In this document: positions 46,666 through 57,557 of the stretch, one piece after another
Layout: each line of letters opens with the position of its first letter
Position numbering within the stretch: position 1 is the stretch's first letter
The notes under the pieces: generated by a model
Database searches by the model: none
Seen by the model: only the letters and a program-made list of their open reading frames with translations
Told to the model about the DNA's origin: nothing
IMG/VR virus record: IMGVR_UViG_3300031994_000017
Location: 1-58,022 of that record
Origin: a virus
Taxonomy: Duplodnaviria; Heunggongvirae; Uroviricota; Caudoviricetes
Strand: one strand, 5' to 3'
Length of the DNA stretch: 58,022 nucleotides
Made by a program: the position numbers and the translations under genes

Positions 46666-48417
46666 TTAAAAATAAAACGGCTATCTCTTTATTATTTCAT
46701 AATCTTGAACCAATATTTGAGGATTATATTGTCCCATCCATTCATTCATGGTACAAGTTCCTACAATATTTATTTCTATATATCCATTTTCACTATATAA
46801 ATTATTAAATTCTTCTTCGCTAGATTTAAATTTAATAGCACTTACATTATTAACATTTGAAATATTTATTTTTAATGTTGGATTGCGATCTTTTGCCATA
46901 AGAGTTATTTTATCTTTTGTAATTTTAATATTTTCAAAAGCAATTAATGGTTCAGCTACATTCTATCCCCACAAATCTTCTCTTGTTGTTAAATCTTCAA
47001 TAACTGGAACATAGTTATCGTCTGCTCTAAAAATAAAATCAACAAAATATGTAGGTTCAAATACTAAATCTTTTAATTTTTCATCGGTTATTTTAATAAA
47101 TTCTTCTATTTTATCCGCGGCTATAGAAAAACCAAAAGCGTTTTGATGACCCTCTGCATAATCTATTATTTGAGTATCTGAAAGCAGGTCTTTAAAATTT
47201 TCCAAAGGGGAATTAGCAAAATTACGTCCTGAACCCGCGTAATGAATTTTTCCTTCTGTTTCAATTTCATTAAGAATTAAAGTCGGATGCTAAAACTCAT
47301 TTGCAATTTCATTAGCGATTAAGCCTGTTAGGTTTTTATTAGCGCTATATTCTGGCGACAAAAGGACAAGTAAAATTTGATGTTTTAACAAATCTTGTTC
47401 TTCAATTAATTGATGAACTATTTTTAAATTATCATCACGCTCATTCGTTTGTGCCTTTTTCACATTTCCGCACATTCGTAAAGCTTGAGTAATAATCTTT
47501 TCTTCTTTTCCTTTTTCTCCACGTTTAGTTGATGGTACTAAAATATTAGCCCTGTGTTCTAACATTGACTCAAATAATATATCTTTATCTCTTAAACTAC
47601 CAACTCTAGTAACAGCATTTACTAAAGGAACAAGATAAAAAGCTATTTTATGCTAAGTTATTTCGCCCTAAAAATGAAACTAATCTTTATCTATAATACC
47701 CTTTATAAAAGGGTTGGTTATATGATTAAAACCTCTACGAATTAGTTCGCGAGTTTCTAATTGCCGCACATCCATCATATCTCCAGTCAGACCTACAGCA
47801 ACCAAGTCAATAAAATTTTCTGCCTTTTGGATTTGTAATAAACCATCTATATAACAACAAAATTTATAAACCATTCCAACACCAGATAATGTTTTATTAG
47901 GATAATTGTCCAATTGATTATTTATAACACAAGCATATGGAGAAACTTGTTCAGCTTCATGATGGTCAATTACTAAAATATCAATTCCATGTTCAGATAA
48001 TTCTTTGTGAAGTGCTATTTCATTACTACTGGCGTCTGGAACAATAATAAATTTGGCATCATTAGGCAAAAAATCTAAATCTATTCCATGTTCTTTCTTT
48101 TCATGTAAACCCCAAGTGACGCAATTTTCTACATAATTAGGGAAAAGGGAATGTAAATAATTAATTAAAAATGCTGCGCTTGTATAGCCATCGCAATCGG
48201 CGTCTACTTGTACATATGTTTTATCTTTCTAAGATATGTGTTTAATCAACATCCTTGCGCCCTATTCTATATTACTAATTAGTTTAGGACTTAGTATATC
48301 TAAATAACTTGTATTACAATAATTATCTATGCTATCAATTGGAATACCTCGGTTATAAAGAACTTGTTCCAAGGGAGAATAATTAGGGTTTCTTTCTTGT
48401 ATTAACTTATAATTCAT
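46666..48417 (-). CDS. recJ: RecJ-like DHH ssDNA exonuclease (~583 aa)
   Basis: VDADCDGYTSAA, VIDHHE, GHQNAFG; four ORF pieces share a frame through TAG; ends TAA 46666. Confidence 0.9.
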
Positions 48418-48724
48418 CTTCTTTGTCTCCCCAATATTTAAATGCTTGATAAGGATAAGCCACAGTAGAAGGACGAATTATAGTTGAGATTACATTTTCT
48501 GGAATTCCTCTTTGAATATAAGAAATATTACATTTATGGCCGCGAAAGCAATCTCTCGCGGGACAAGCTATCCAGAAATCGCCATTTTCGCACTACATTT
48601 CAAACGAATTATTAATAGATTTAATTTGTGTTGTTTTATAAAGCATTTTTTCATATTGTTGCTAAATTTCTTTTAATTTTTCAAAACCTTCAGTTTTATC
48701 TTTATACCACACTATACCTTTCAT
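48407..48724 (-). CDS. Hypothetical protein (~105 aa, 2 TAG)
   Basis: Not in the ORF track; ATGA-coupled to primase; open to TAA if TAG=Gln. Confidence 0.5.
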
Positions 48725-49830
48725 AAAAAAATCCTTTCTTTAAATAACTGAATAAACTTATCTTTTCCTTCATCTATTGGACTTGCTTTGTATGAAGTTA
48801 TCATGTCTTTGTCAAAAAGAAAAGAAACTTTTATATCTTTTGAATTTCTATCATAAATTTTTAATAAATTGTTTTTTAAATGTTTAAATTCGGTATCACC
48901 AATTTCTTGGAATTGGCGGTCAAACGCTATTGCGATTTCTTCAGCGCCGCATTGTTTTAAAAGATATACTTGATATTGTGATAAATTACTTCCACAACAA
49001 GCTACGCTTATATCATTTTCAAAACCAAAGTATGATTGATATAAAAGAGCAGATTTTTCACTTTCAAAAACAATTGCTGTTTTAGCTTTTCTAATATTAT
49101 CTTTAGAATGATTAATATTATATAAGTTTAATCCAAGAGGATGATTATACATAACTTTATTGATGGTTACAGGTCTGTATTTTCCATATAAATCACAATC
49201 TTGTTGGCACATAAAACGACCGCGCAAACCTATAAATCGTCCTTTAATATCAAAATGAGGTATTGTTATTTGGTCATTTCCTAAATAATATCCAATTCGG
49301 TTATATTCAATAACTTCTTGAGAAATATTTTCTTTTAGCCAAGGAGTTAATTTAATTGAATAATTTAATTTAGTTAAAATATCTTCATCATATTCTTTTA
49401 ATTCAAAAAATTCTAATTTTTTAAAATCTAATTCTTTTAAACGAATATAATCATTTAAACAATTCCAATCCTCTAGACCAAAGTATTCTTCATTTAAAAT
49501 TATTTGAGAAGAAATACCAAACTTTGCGGCTATATATTGAATTGTTTCATTTAAATTTAATTCTTGTTGTTTTTGAATATGAAAAACTTTTCTAGTTAAT
49601 TCAAAAATATCAAAACTAGGTTCCGCGCAACCAGTATAACAATGAAATAAATTACTGTTTGAATACCAATATAATTTTCTACTGCCTATTCCAGGTTGGT
49701 TATGGCAAATAGTGGCGGAGATAATACCAAAATTAGTGTATTCTGGTTCTCCGCCCCATTCAGCCAAGAATTGATAAATTTGCTCTTCTGTAAGTTGCTC
49801 CTTTATCTTATCTTTGTCAAAATTGAACAT
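48721..49830 (-). CDS. DNA primase (369 aa, no TAG)
   Basis: TICHN...CYTGC zinc motif, VFESEKS and IAFDR TOPRIM motifs. Confidence 0.85.
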   Translation of the reverse strand: MFNFDKDKIKEQLTEEQIYQFLAEWGGEPEYTNFGIISATICHNQPGIGSRKLYWYSNSNLFHCYTGCAEPSFDIFELTRKVFHIQKQQELNLNETIQYIAAKFGISSQIILNEEYFGLEDWNCLNDYIRLKELDFKKLEFFELKEYDEDILTKLNYSIKLTPWLKENISQEVIEYNRIGYYLGNDQITIPHFDIKGRFIGLRGRFMCQQDCDLYGKYRPVTINKVMYNHPLGLNLYNINHSKDNIRKAKTAIVFESEKSALLYQSYFGFENDISVACCGSNLSQYQVYLLKQCGAEEIAIAFDRQFQEIGDTEFKHLKNNLLKIYDRNSKDIKVSFLFDKDMITSYKASPIDEGKDKFIQLFKERIFL

Positions 49831-50018
49831 TAAAAGGTCAACACCTTAATGCAAATTCCTTTAATTCCATATTCTTCATTAACGATATTACATAAATAAT
49901 TTTGAATATCACTAGTGCGCTCCTTGCCTTTGCGCATCTTTAAATAGTTCTGAGCCATCTCATTAGTCATCTTATATTCAAAATATCCGGCATTAACATC
50001 ATTATTATTTTTAATCAT
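49830..50018 (-). CDS. Hypothetical protein (62 aa)
   Basis: Intact ORF with SD, coupled to primase. Confidence 0.6.
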   Translation of the reverse strand: MIKNNNDVNAGYFEYKMTNEMAQNYLKMRKGKERTSDIQNYLCNIVNEEYGIKGICIKVLTF

Positions 50019-50032
50019 TTTTTTCTCCTTTA

Positions 50033-51565
50033 TTAAAAAGCGGAACGAGGTTCCACGTCTATTTTTAAATCTTTAATTTCAACTAATTCATAATTATAAG
50101 TAGTAGCAAACATAGGTTCTACCTTACAACGTCCTAAATTTCCCTTACACCAAAGATAAATTCCCTTGTATCTACCTCTACGATTTTTATAAATAGAAAT
50201 CTTTAAAAAAGGTTTTTCAAATACCCCTGCAGAAAGGATTTTATCAAGAGATTGTATATCTTTTTCATTTACCGGCAACATCACAAGGCCGACGTCAATT
50301 TTGTCCGCAATTGATTTCGCTCCTCGCAAAAGATTTTGGTCTGGAGTTTCCGAGTCAACATAAGAGCCATTTAACTGAGTGGCGGACAAAATAAAAATAC
50401 CATATTTGGTACATAAATCTTTAAGTTTAATAGACATCATAAAAAGAATATTATCTTCGCGCAATTTAACTCCACCACTACGACGAGTAATTTCTTCTAA
50501 GATTTTCATTGAAGTATGAATATAGTCTAAACAAATATATCTAATTTCTTTATCACGAATGTTTTTAACAATAGAATTTTCTATATCCTGTAAAGAAAAA
50601 TCTGGAATTGTTTCAATATATAGTGGGCTATTTTCAAGGATTTCAATTGCTTCATAAACTCTCTTTTCTTCATCGCCCTCATAGCGACCATTAAGAATAT
50701 GATCTTCGTCTACGTCCGCGAGAAAAGCTAATATCATAGTTTGAACTTCATCAAGAGTTTGTTCTGTTGTAATGAATAAAGTGGGTTCTTTTACTCCATT
50801 TTTAATCCAAGAGCCAAATTGTTCATTATATATCTTATCGCAAGCAAAGTTACAAGCATCCGCTATCATTGTTCTTGATTTTCCGGTTCCAGTAGGGGCT
50901 GACCGCAAATATAACTTACCTAATCTTGCGCCACGAGTAATAGTATTAATCATTGAACCATAGAGTGGTATACCTACTTCTGGACTTTCTTTTAATCCTT
51001 CAATTAAATCTCTAATATTTTTTGATGCTTGTATAGACTCATTTTCAAAATTATCAACATATTTTGCTTTTATTTCGGTAATTTTATTATCTATTTGTTC
51101 AGCGATTTGCTCTAAAGAAGAATTATCTAATCTGTCCTCTTGGAGCTGGCGCTTTTTTACATCCAAGATATTATCTGGGTCATAAATATCTGTTACATCT
51201 ATTCCAAAAGTATCATATGCGCGCAACAAAGACATTTTTTTCATGCGGTGATAATAATAATCAAACGATGAAGGAGAAGCATTTTCAGAAATTTGAATTA
51301 ACCATTCTTCACCTTTTTGCTTATCAAAAATGGCTTTACTTTTTGGACGAGTTTTTAAGAAATCTAAAATATTTAAAAGATTGATTTGAGAGGCTCCCAA
51401 TTCATGTAAATTATAAATTGTGCCAAAAATAATTTTATGAAAATTATCCGGAAAATCTTCTTCAGTAATATTGTATTTATCTGTAAAATCCAAAAGTTGA
51501 GGATTATTATAAACACAACCTATTACTTGAATAATACTAGTTAAATCAACATATTTAGATGCCAT
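50033..51565 (-). CDS. dnaB: DnaB-like replicative helicase (510 aa, no TAG)
   Basis: SAPTGTGKS, ICLDYIH, SATQLN, LRGAKSIADKID, KNRRG. Confidence 0.9.
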   Translation of the reverse strand: MASKYVDLTSIIQVIGCVYNNPQLLDFTDKYNITEEDFPDNFHKIIFGTIYNLHELGASQINLLNILDFLKTRPKSKAIFDKQKGEEWLIQISENASPSSFDYYYHRMKKMSLLRAYDTFGIDVTDIYDPDNILDVKKRQLQEDRLDNSSLEQIAEQIDNKITEIKAKYVDNFENESIQASKNIRDLIEGLKESPEVGIPLYGSMINTITRGARLGKLYLRSAPTGTGKSRTMIADACNFACDKIYNEQFGSWIKNGVKEPTLFITTEQTLDEVQTMILAFLADVDEDHILNGRYEGDEEKRVYEAIEILENSPLYIETIPDFSLQDIENSIVKNIRDKEIRYICLDYIHTSMKILEEITRRSGGVKLREDNILFMMSIKLKDLCTKYGIFILSATQLNGSYVDSETPDQNLLRGAKSIADKIDVGLVMLPVNEKDIQSLDKILSAGVFEKPFLKISIYKNRRGRYKGIYLWCKGNLGRCKVEPMFATTYNYELVEIKDLKIDVEPRSAF

Positions 51566-52232
51566 TTATATCATCCTCCAAAATAAATTGGAATGAATTG
51601 TGGCGCGTGGTAAATTTTGCCCGCGGAGATTTAATTGTAATCTGTTCTTCTTTTGGTACATAATCTTGAATATTTTTTCCTTCATTAGATTGTTGAGCTA
51701 ACCATAAACTATAATAATAATTATAAGCTTCTTGATAAAGATAAGGAATTATATTTATTGTGGGATGTTTACAATCTATTTTTATAGTTTTTTTAATTTC
51801 AAGACCATAAATTAAAGTTTTTAACATTCCAGAATAAGTATAATTATATTGTTCTATTAAAGTTTTTTTCTGTTTGCGGATATTAGGAGGCACCCACTCA
51901 ACATTAAATATCTTTTTTATATATTCATCTAATTTTTCTTCATCAGTAAATTCTCGGTTTTGTTCTTTATCATAGCAATCTTTGTGCGCATACTTATTAT
52001 CTGATACCAAAACACAAGGCTCTTTTACGCGATTAAATATTTTTTTACAATATATACATTTAACGTTTTCTGTTGGGTCTACTATTTGTATATCTTTTAA
52101 AGCTGGATTAGTAAGTTTTTCTCTTAAAAAACATTCTGCGTGCGCATAACGCCTTGAATTAATTTTCGCATATGGTTTTGCGTCACGGTCAAATTGCTAT
52201 TGACAATATGCACATTTAACATAGTGAGGCAT
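51555..52232 (-). CDS. Tandem zinc-finger protein, possible helicase loader (~225 aa, 1 TAG)
   Basis: Two CxxC...HxxC units; own promoter; directly upstream of dnaB. Confidence 0.6.
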
Positions 52233-52267
52233 ACAACATCCCCCATATTTTTTATATTTTCATATAT

Positions 52268-52296
52268 ATTATATCATAATTTTTACAAAAAATCAA
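52268..52296 (-). promoter_or_regulatory. sigmaA promoter for the ZnF-dnaB-primase operon
   Basis: TTGATT-17-TATAAT with TG extension. Confidence 0.7.
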
Positions 52297-52324
52297 CCTA
52301 TAGTCTCCCATAGGTTGATTTTTT
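52287..52324. terminator. Inverted repeat/terminator overlapping the -35 box
   Basis: AAAAAATCAACCTAT / ATAGGTTGATTTTTT 15-bp stem. Confidence 0.7.
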
Positions 52325-52339
52325 GAAAATGTAAATTTT

Positions 52340-53314
52340 TTACTTTAATAAATCTGTTTTAATTTCATCAACAATTAGATAAATAAGCTCTACTTGGTCT
52401 CTGGTTGCGTCAGAAACTTTTTTACCCTTCCCGAGATATTTATCAATAATTGATGTAATTCTAGGAGCATAATACAATTGATTTTTTGTCATAAGTTGAC
52501 CAACAATTGTTTCAAACTCTGACATAAGAGCATCAAAGTCATAATTAGGCGCATCAACAGCGACTTCTCTTTGTTCAGTTACATAGGCGTTTTGACTACT
52601 TGCCGCCTCTTTATCAATAGCATCGTAAAGGGCTTTTACCAAGTTATCATATCCAAAAGGAATAGAAGAAGCAATTTGACTGAAACGACTTTTACAATCA
52701 ACACTTTCATCTGGTGAACGAAGAATTAAAGTTCTTTCTCCATTATTTACATCAATATAGCCCATAATGTCGCTCATATTTTTAATAATTTCATTATAAG
52801 CTGTTGAGCAAGAAGGAACAATTTGATTGTATTCAGTGCCATCTTTGCGCTTAAAGGTTTTGTCCTTGCTGTGTGAAATAAAAACAACGGCATAACCTTT
52901 CATAGTAATAGAACGGAAAGTAGTTTCCCATTCGCGCTTTACTTTTGCCCAACCATTAGTACTCCAACCACCATCGCCAATATTTTCAATACCCAATTGA
53001 CTACAAAGATATTTTTCACAAAGTTGCGAAGCAATATCAACAGTATCCACTACAATTGTTTTAAAGGTATTTTTAATATCGGGGTCATCAAGCTGACGTA
53101 AAACTTGCTTCATTTCACCCCAAGTAGTAACATCCTAAGCGAAAACACCAGGAAGAGCATTATAACCTTTTTCAAAAGCCAAAAGAAGTGGACTAGGCAT
53201 TTTTGAACCAAAAGTAGTCTTACCTGCGCCACCAGGCCCATAAATATAAGTAATATAACCGCTTAAATCACGGCTAACTTTATGCGGCTAAAGAGCCTTT
53301 AGATTAATAGCCAT
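52340..53314 (-). CDS. Sak4-like P-loop ATPase/ssDNA annealing protein (~324 aa, 2 TAG)
   Basis: IYGPGGAGKTT Walker A, IVVDTVD Walker B, ISHSKD; next to an SSB-like gene. Confidence 0.75.
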
Positions 53315-53342
53315 ATTTAATTCCTCCTATTAAGGTTTTTGA

Positions 53343-54284
53343 TTAAAAACCAAAAACCTTATCATTAGAGGTAGAAACGGGGGCAGTAGCTGTCGCAGCC
53401 CGAGAAGCCTTATACGCATCTTGACGTTCCTTAATAGTAGCAAGATAAACTTCACGGTCAGCCATTGCCTTAGACAGTTCATCAGCGGTGATGAATTCAT
53501 CGCTATCCCATTCATAAGGTTCTTCCTTCGCACCAGTTACAACAAAATCACGCTTTGTGGTAGGAACTTCTCTAGTAAAAGTTTCACCAAAGGCAGAAGC
53601 GGAGGTCTGAGAACGAACTATAGTCTGAGAAATCTGATGGCCCCAAACCTGAGTACAGAAAGGATTACTACCGCTAATATTCTGATTTTCAAAATAATCA
53701 ATGGCATCGGGGTTCAAAACAGTATATTCTACAGGCAACAGAGCATTATTATAATTAAAAATAGCGCCTCTAATAATACCCTTTTCGGGGAGTTCGCGGT
53801 CTGGGTCGGCCTCAACACGCCGGAAGCTAGTAATTACCATATCAGTCTTAAAGGTATCTCTATTTCCTTCCTTGGCGGGCAGAGTATCTACAATAGTGAT
53901 GAAACCGCCCTCATTACGCTTTAAAGATACAAGCTCTTCCTTACCATTTCTATCGGAATAAAACTCATTAAGAGCAATAGCAGAGTCAATGGAAACCTTA
54001 GTGGCAACATCCTTGCCGTCCTTCATAATAGTCTTATAAAAACCATTACAAATATTAGAAAGAATAGTGTAATTAGGATTATTCTTACCCTTACTTGTAA
54101 CAGGAGTTACATAAGTATAATGAACTGAAAGAATATTCGTACAATCATCATTGGTAGCAATATCAAGAGTACCAGTGATATATTTTGTATTAGGGTTCTT
54201 AGAATTAGGCCCAGTTACCTTTTCCTCAAGCTTACTTTCATAAATCAAACCTGCAATAGTAGTAGCATTAAACATTTTTCTCAT
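53343..54284 (-). CDS. Putative single-stranded DNA-binding protein (313 aa, no TAG)
   Basis: Intact ORF, high-expression codon bias, flexible tail ending in F; context beside Sak4. Confidence 0.5.
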   Translation of the reverse strand: MRKMFNATTIAGLIYESKLEEKVTGPNSKNPNTKYITGTLDIATNDDCTNILSVHYTYVTPVTSKGKNNPNYTILSNICNGFYKTIMKDGKDVATKVSIDSAIALNEFYSDRNGKEELVSLKRNEGGFITIVDTLPAKEGNRDTFKTDMVITSFRRVEADPDRELPEKGIIRGAIFNYNNALLPVEYTVLNPDAIDYFENQNISGSNPFCTQVWGHQISQTIVRSQTSASAFGETFTREVPTTKRDFVVTGAKEEPYEWDSDEFITADELSKAMADREVYLATIKERQDAYKASRAATATAPVSTSNDKVFGF

Positions 54285-54298
54285 TTTTATTTTCTCCT

Positions 54299-54643
54299 TT
54301 AATTTTCAATAATAATATTTCTTCCCTTATCGCTTAAACCATAAATAACAGGGTCTGTGCTTACCTTAACAACATAACCGTCATTGACTAATTTGCGGAT
54401 TGCTCCAGAAACTGTTCTAGAAGCTACTCCCAATCCTTCAGCAATATCTTTTGCCTTCCAAGTTAATGTTTCTGAATTATTTTGCAGATAAGTCAAAACC
54501 AACTTTCCATTATCCGTAAACAAGGGCTTTTCCTTTTTACTTTCAGTTCTAAAAGCTTGCCAAAATTCTTGAGCGCCTTCGCTCAAAGAAGAAATATCAA
54601 TCTTTTCTTCAACTTCATTAATAAAATCAATTTTACTAATCAT
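54299..54643 (-). CDS. Winged-HTH protein (114 aa)
   Basis: KAKDIAEGLGVASRTVSGAIRKLVNDGYV...YGLSDKG. Confidence 0.8.
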   Translation of the reverse strand: MISKIDFINEVEEKIDISSLSEGAQEFWQAFRTESKKEKPLFTDNGKLVLTYLQNNSETLTWKAKDIAEGLGVASRTVSGAIRKLVNDGYVVKVSTDPVIYGLSDKGRNIIIEN

Positions 54644-54685
54644 TTTAAAAATTAATAACTCACTTTCTTTATTCTTTCTATATAT

Positions 54686-54714
54686 ATTATATCATATTTT
54701 TTTATAAAAAACAA
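54686..54714 (-). promoter_or_regulatory. sigmaA-type promoter, weak -35
   Basis: TTGTTT-17-TATAAT with TG extension. Confidence 0.5.
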
Positions 54715-54724
54715 GTAATGGCTA

Positions 54725-55543
54725 TTAATTAAAAATAAATTCATTTGCGTAAGGTAAAGTTTTTACCCAATCAATAAATTTCACTCTCCAACCAGACTGC
54801 TTGTGGTGTTCTCTTTGATGAACCATATTGCGCAAATTCTCATAATTCATAGTTACTGTTCTGGTCTGTAACCAACTTTGCGGCAAAACGCTCAATAATT
54901 CCTCCCAATATCTAATATCTTTGGTTTTGTTATAACGATTGCGCAAAAATTCAAGATAAGGAATTAGACACATCTAAAGAAAATCTTCATCAATTGGATG
55001 CTTCAAATCTTTACGTTGCGCTTGTTCGTCATAGGGAATGAAATGAATTAAGTCTGGTTCAAAACATTCCAAAGTAATAGGATTTGAAGCCAGTTTATGC
55101 ATCTTAGATGTCGAATTAGCGGTAGTGCCGATTTTGTAGGTGTCAAATTCGGACCACCAGTATTGCGGAGCGGTAATATCAACTGTAACAAAAATTTGCC
55201 GCAAAAATTTACGATGCTCTGAACCACCTTCAATTAATTGTCTTGCTAATTTCATGTCATTTGGACCAATGTAAATAACTTCATGACAATCTGCTAAATC
55301 AGGCCAATACCATTGTGTCCTTGTGTAAAAGTTATCCGCATAATTTTCTTTTGCCCAGTCATCATCTGGGTCTATTCCAGCATCAACCATTTCTCGATAG
55401 GCAATATCTTCTAGCTCAATATCTACATAATCATCTGGCAAAGTATAAAACTAACTATCACTCTTTTCCCAACTATTTTTGGGATTTCTCATTCCGCGAA
55501 GTGCGTTATCAAAATTATAAACTCTTGTTTTTTCAAATTTCAT
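54725..55543 (-). CDS. ThyX/Thy1-like protein (~272 aa, 2 TAG)
   Basis: GSEHRKFLRQI, APQYWWSEFDTYK, NSTSKMH, YENLRNMVHQREHHK; pieces joined by TAG. Confidence 0.6.
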
Positions 55544-55820
55544 TTTTTTCTACTCCTAATGTATAACCATCAATGTGCGGATTAATATGGGTTAAAAGAT
55601 TTTCAATTTCATCTATAACAACTGGTTCAGTGCCAAGTTTTTTTGCATTATTTAAAAAGACTGTGTATGAAATACATTCAATTTTGCCTAAACCATATTC
55701 ACGAGCTTTTTCTTCCATCGCTCTTGGCATACTACAAACTACAATGGCCTTATGCTTTTTTGCATATTCCAATAGTCGCTTAGTTTTTCCGTTGCCTCTT
55801 TCACCAATTTCTCTATACAT
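55533..55820 (-). CDS. Small P-loop-like hypothetical (95 aa)
   Basis: GERGNGKT and VVIDE motifs. Confidence 0.6.
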   Translation of the reverse strand: MYREIGERGNGKTKRLLEYAKKHKAIVVCSMPRAMEEKAREYGLGKIECISYTVFLNNAKKLGTEPVVIDEIENLLTHINPHIDGYTLGVEKNEI

Positions 55821-55824
55821 AAAA

Positions 55825-56925
55825 TTACGAGCCTCCTTTGCTCATATTATATCCATATTTTTGAGTTTTATAGTAATCTATCCAAAAGACTTCTTGATTA
55901 TTTAATTCGTCTTTTCCGCATAATTGTAAAACTTCAAAAGTAAAATTCTCTACACCGTCTTTTTGCATAGCTTTATACAAAATATTATTAGGTGCGTCTA
56001 TGCCTAAACCGCACTTAATATGCTATTTCCAGCGTTCGGCAATATCAACGGATTGACCTATATAAGAACGTCCATCCAACAGATTGGTAATGCGGTAAAT
56101 ACCAGAAGCAGGTTTTACAGTAATTAATCTATTAATTAAATCATTTGCGGCTTGGCGGAAATACCCCTCCCATATGATTTTGCTAATGGGTCTAGGATTA
56201 CTAATAAAAGGTATAACTTCTTTTAATCGTTTTATTTCAATCAAGTCTTTTTTAGTAATAGATAATCTGTATTTATTTTCAGCATTTCTTTTTTCATCTT
56301 CTCGTTCAAAAGCTAAACGAGCTGCTTCTGCGGCAGAACGAGTTTTATTTAATTCCTCTTTTACCTATTGGAGTTTTTCCTATTCCTATAAGGTAATTTC
56401 ATTAAAATCTTTAGTAAAGTCATTTAAAACATTTAAATATTCTTCTTCATATTCTTTGCGATTTTTTTCAAGCGCGACAGAGGCTTTTTCAGCTTCTCTT
56501 TCAACCGCTTCTGCCATATTTTGATATGCTATATCATAAACAACTTTTACAGATTTTTTAGCTAGCTCTTGTCCACTTTCTATTGCATCCTATAATTCTT
56601 CTTTTTTACCTTTGAGATTTTCAACGTCTTTTTCAATATTATAATATTCTTTTTTTAAATTAGATATTGCGGTAGTTTTTGCCGCATAATCGAAATTTAA
56701 ATGATTTATTTTTGCGGTTAATTCGTCAAAAGTTTGATTATATCTACTATATTCATCTTGTAAATCTTCTAATTTTACTTGATACTAATTATATAAAATT
56801 TTTAACTATTTATTTTTTTCTTCTTGCTATTTAATATATTCGTTTTCCTTATGCTGCTTTTGGATAACGAACGGTATCATAGCAATTGCGCCAATAATTA
56901 TTCCTATAATAAGGTATAAAAACAT
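55825..56925 (-). CDS. N-terminal TM + coiled coil + C-terminal GIY-YIG nuclease (~366 aa)
   Basis: MFLYLIIGIIIGAIAMIPFVI; long heptad region; GIYRITNLLDGRSYIGQSVDIAERWK[Q]H; ends TAA. Confidence 0.75.
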
Positions 56926-56937
56926 TAAGTAGAAGAA

Positions 56938-56964
56938 TAAGGGGTAAGTTTAACCTACCCCTTA
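56938..56964. terminator. Intrinsic terminator
   Basis: TAAGGGGTA / TACCCCTTA stem. Confidence 0.55.
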
Positions 56965-56986
56965 TATATTTATTTTATTTTATATC

Positions 56987-57259
56987 TTACTCAGCGGCCT
57001 CGGCAGCATCAAGATCCAAATCCATGCCTTCCTTGGTCAAACGAAGCAGCTTAATGGGCTTATGAAGACCATTCTCGGTCTCAACCTCAGCCTCAACACG
57101 AACGCCATAGCCCTTGCGCTGAATGGCGGAAGTAAAGATACCATCAATCTACCGCTTATTTAGACCCAAAGCTTCAGCAACATCTGCGGAAGTAACGTCA
57201 GTTCCATTAATCTTCTTAAGGTATTCAAATACCTTTCTACTATTTTCACTCATAGCCAT
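56987..57259 (-). CDS. Winged-HTH-like DNA-binding protein (90 aa, 1 TAG)
   Basis: Not in the ORF track; TSADVAEALGLNKR[Q]IDG...RLTKEG; biased codons; own promoter. Confidence 0.7.
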
Positions 57260-57308
57260 AATAAATAATCTCCTTTAAAACTTTTTTCTTTTTTTATTTT
57301 GTGTGTAT

Positions 57309-57337
57309 ATTATATAAAAATTTTTTAAAAAAATCAA
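57309..57337 (-). promoter_or_regulatory. sigmaA promoter
   Basis: TTGATT-17-TATAAT. Confidence 0.65.
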
Positions 57338-57528
57338 GTGCTCTGCTTCAACAAGTCTTGAACCATTTCGTCAATATCAACAATGTCTTCTATTGTTTCC
57401 ACATGACTGGATAATTCTACTATTTTATTTTGAGCTTGCTTAATTTCTTTTTTATTTGTTGAATTTTGAACAATGCGTTCATATTTAGCAATCTTTTCTG
57501 CTAACTACTTTTTTTCTTTTCTCTTCAT
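57334..57528 (-). CDS. Small basic hypothetical (64 aa, TAG at codon 8)
   Basis: ATG 57528 after AAGGA; ends TGA. Confidence 0.55.
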
Positions 57529-57557
57529 AAGAAATATTATTCAATCCTTACACATAT

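Noticed and set aside
55846-55874. Minus-strand TATAAT as a promoter
   Set aside because: No -35 at 17 nt; lies within the GIY-YIG coding sequence.
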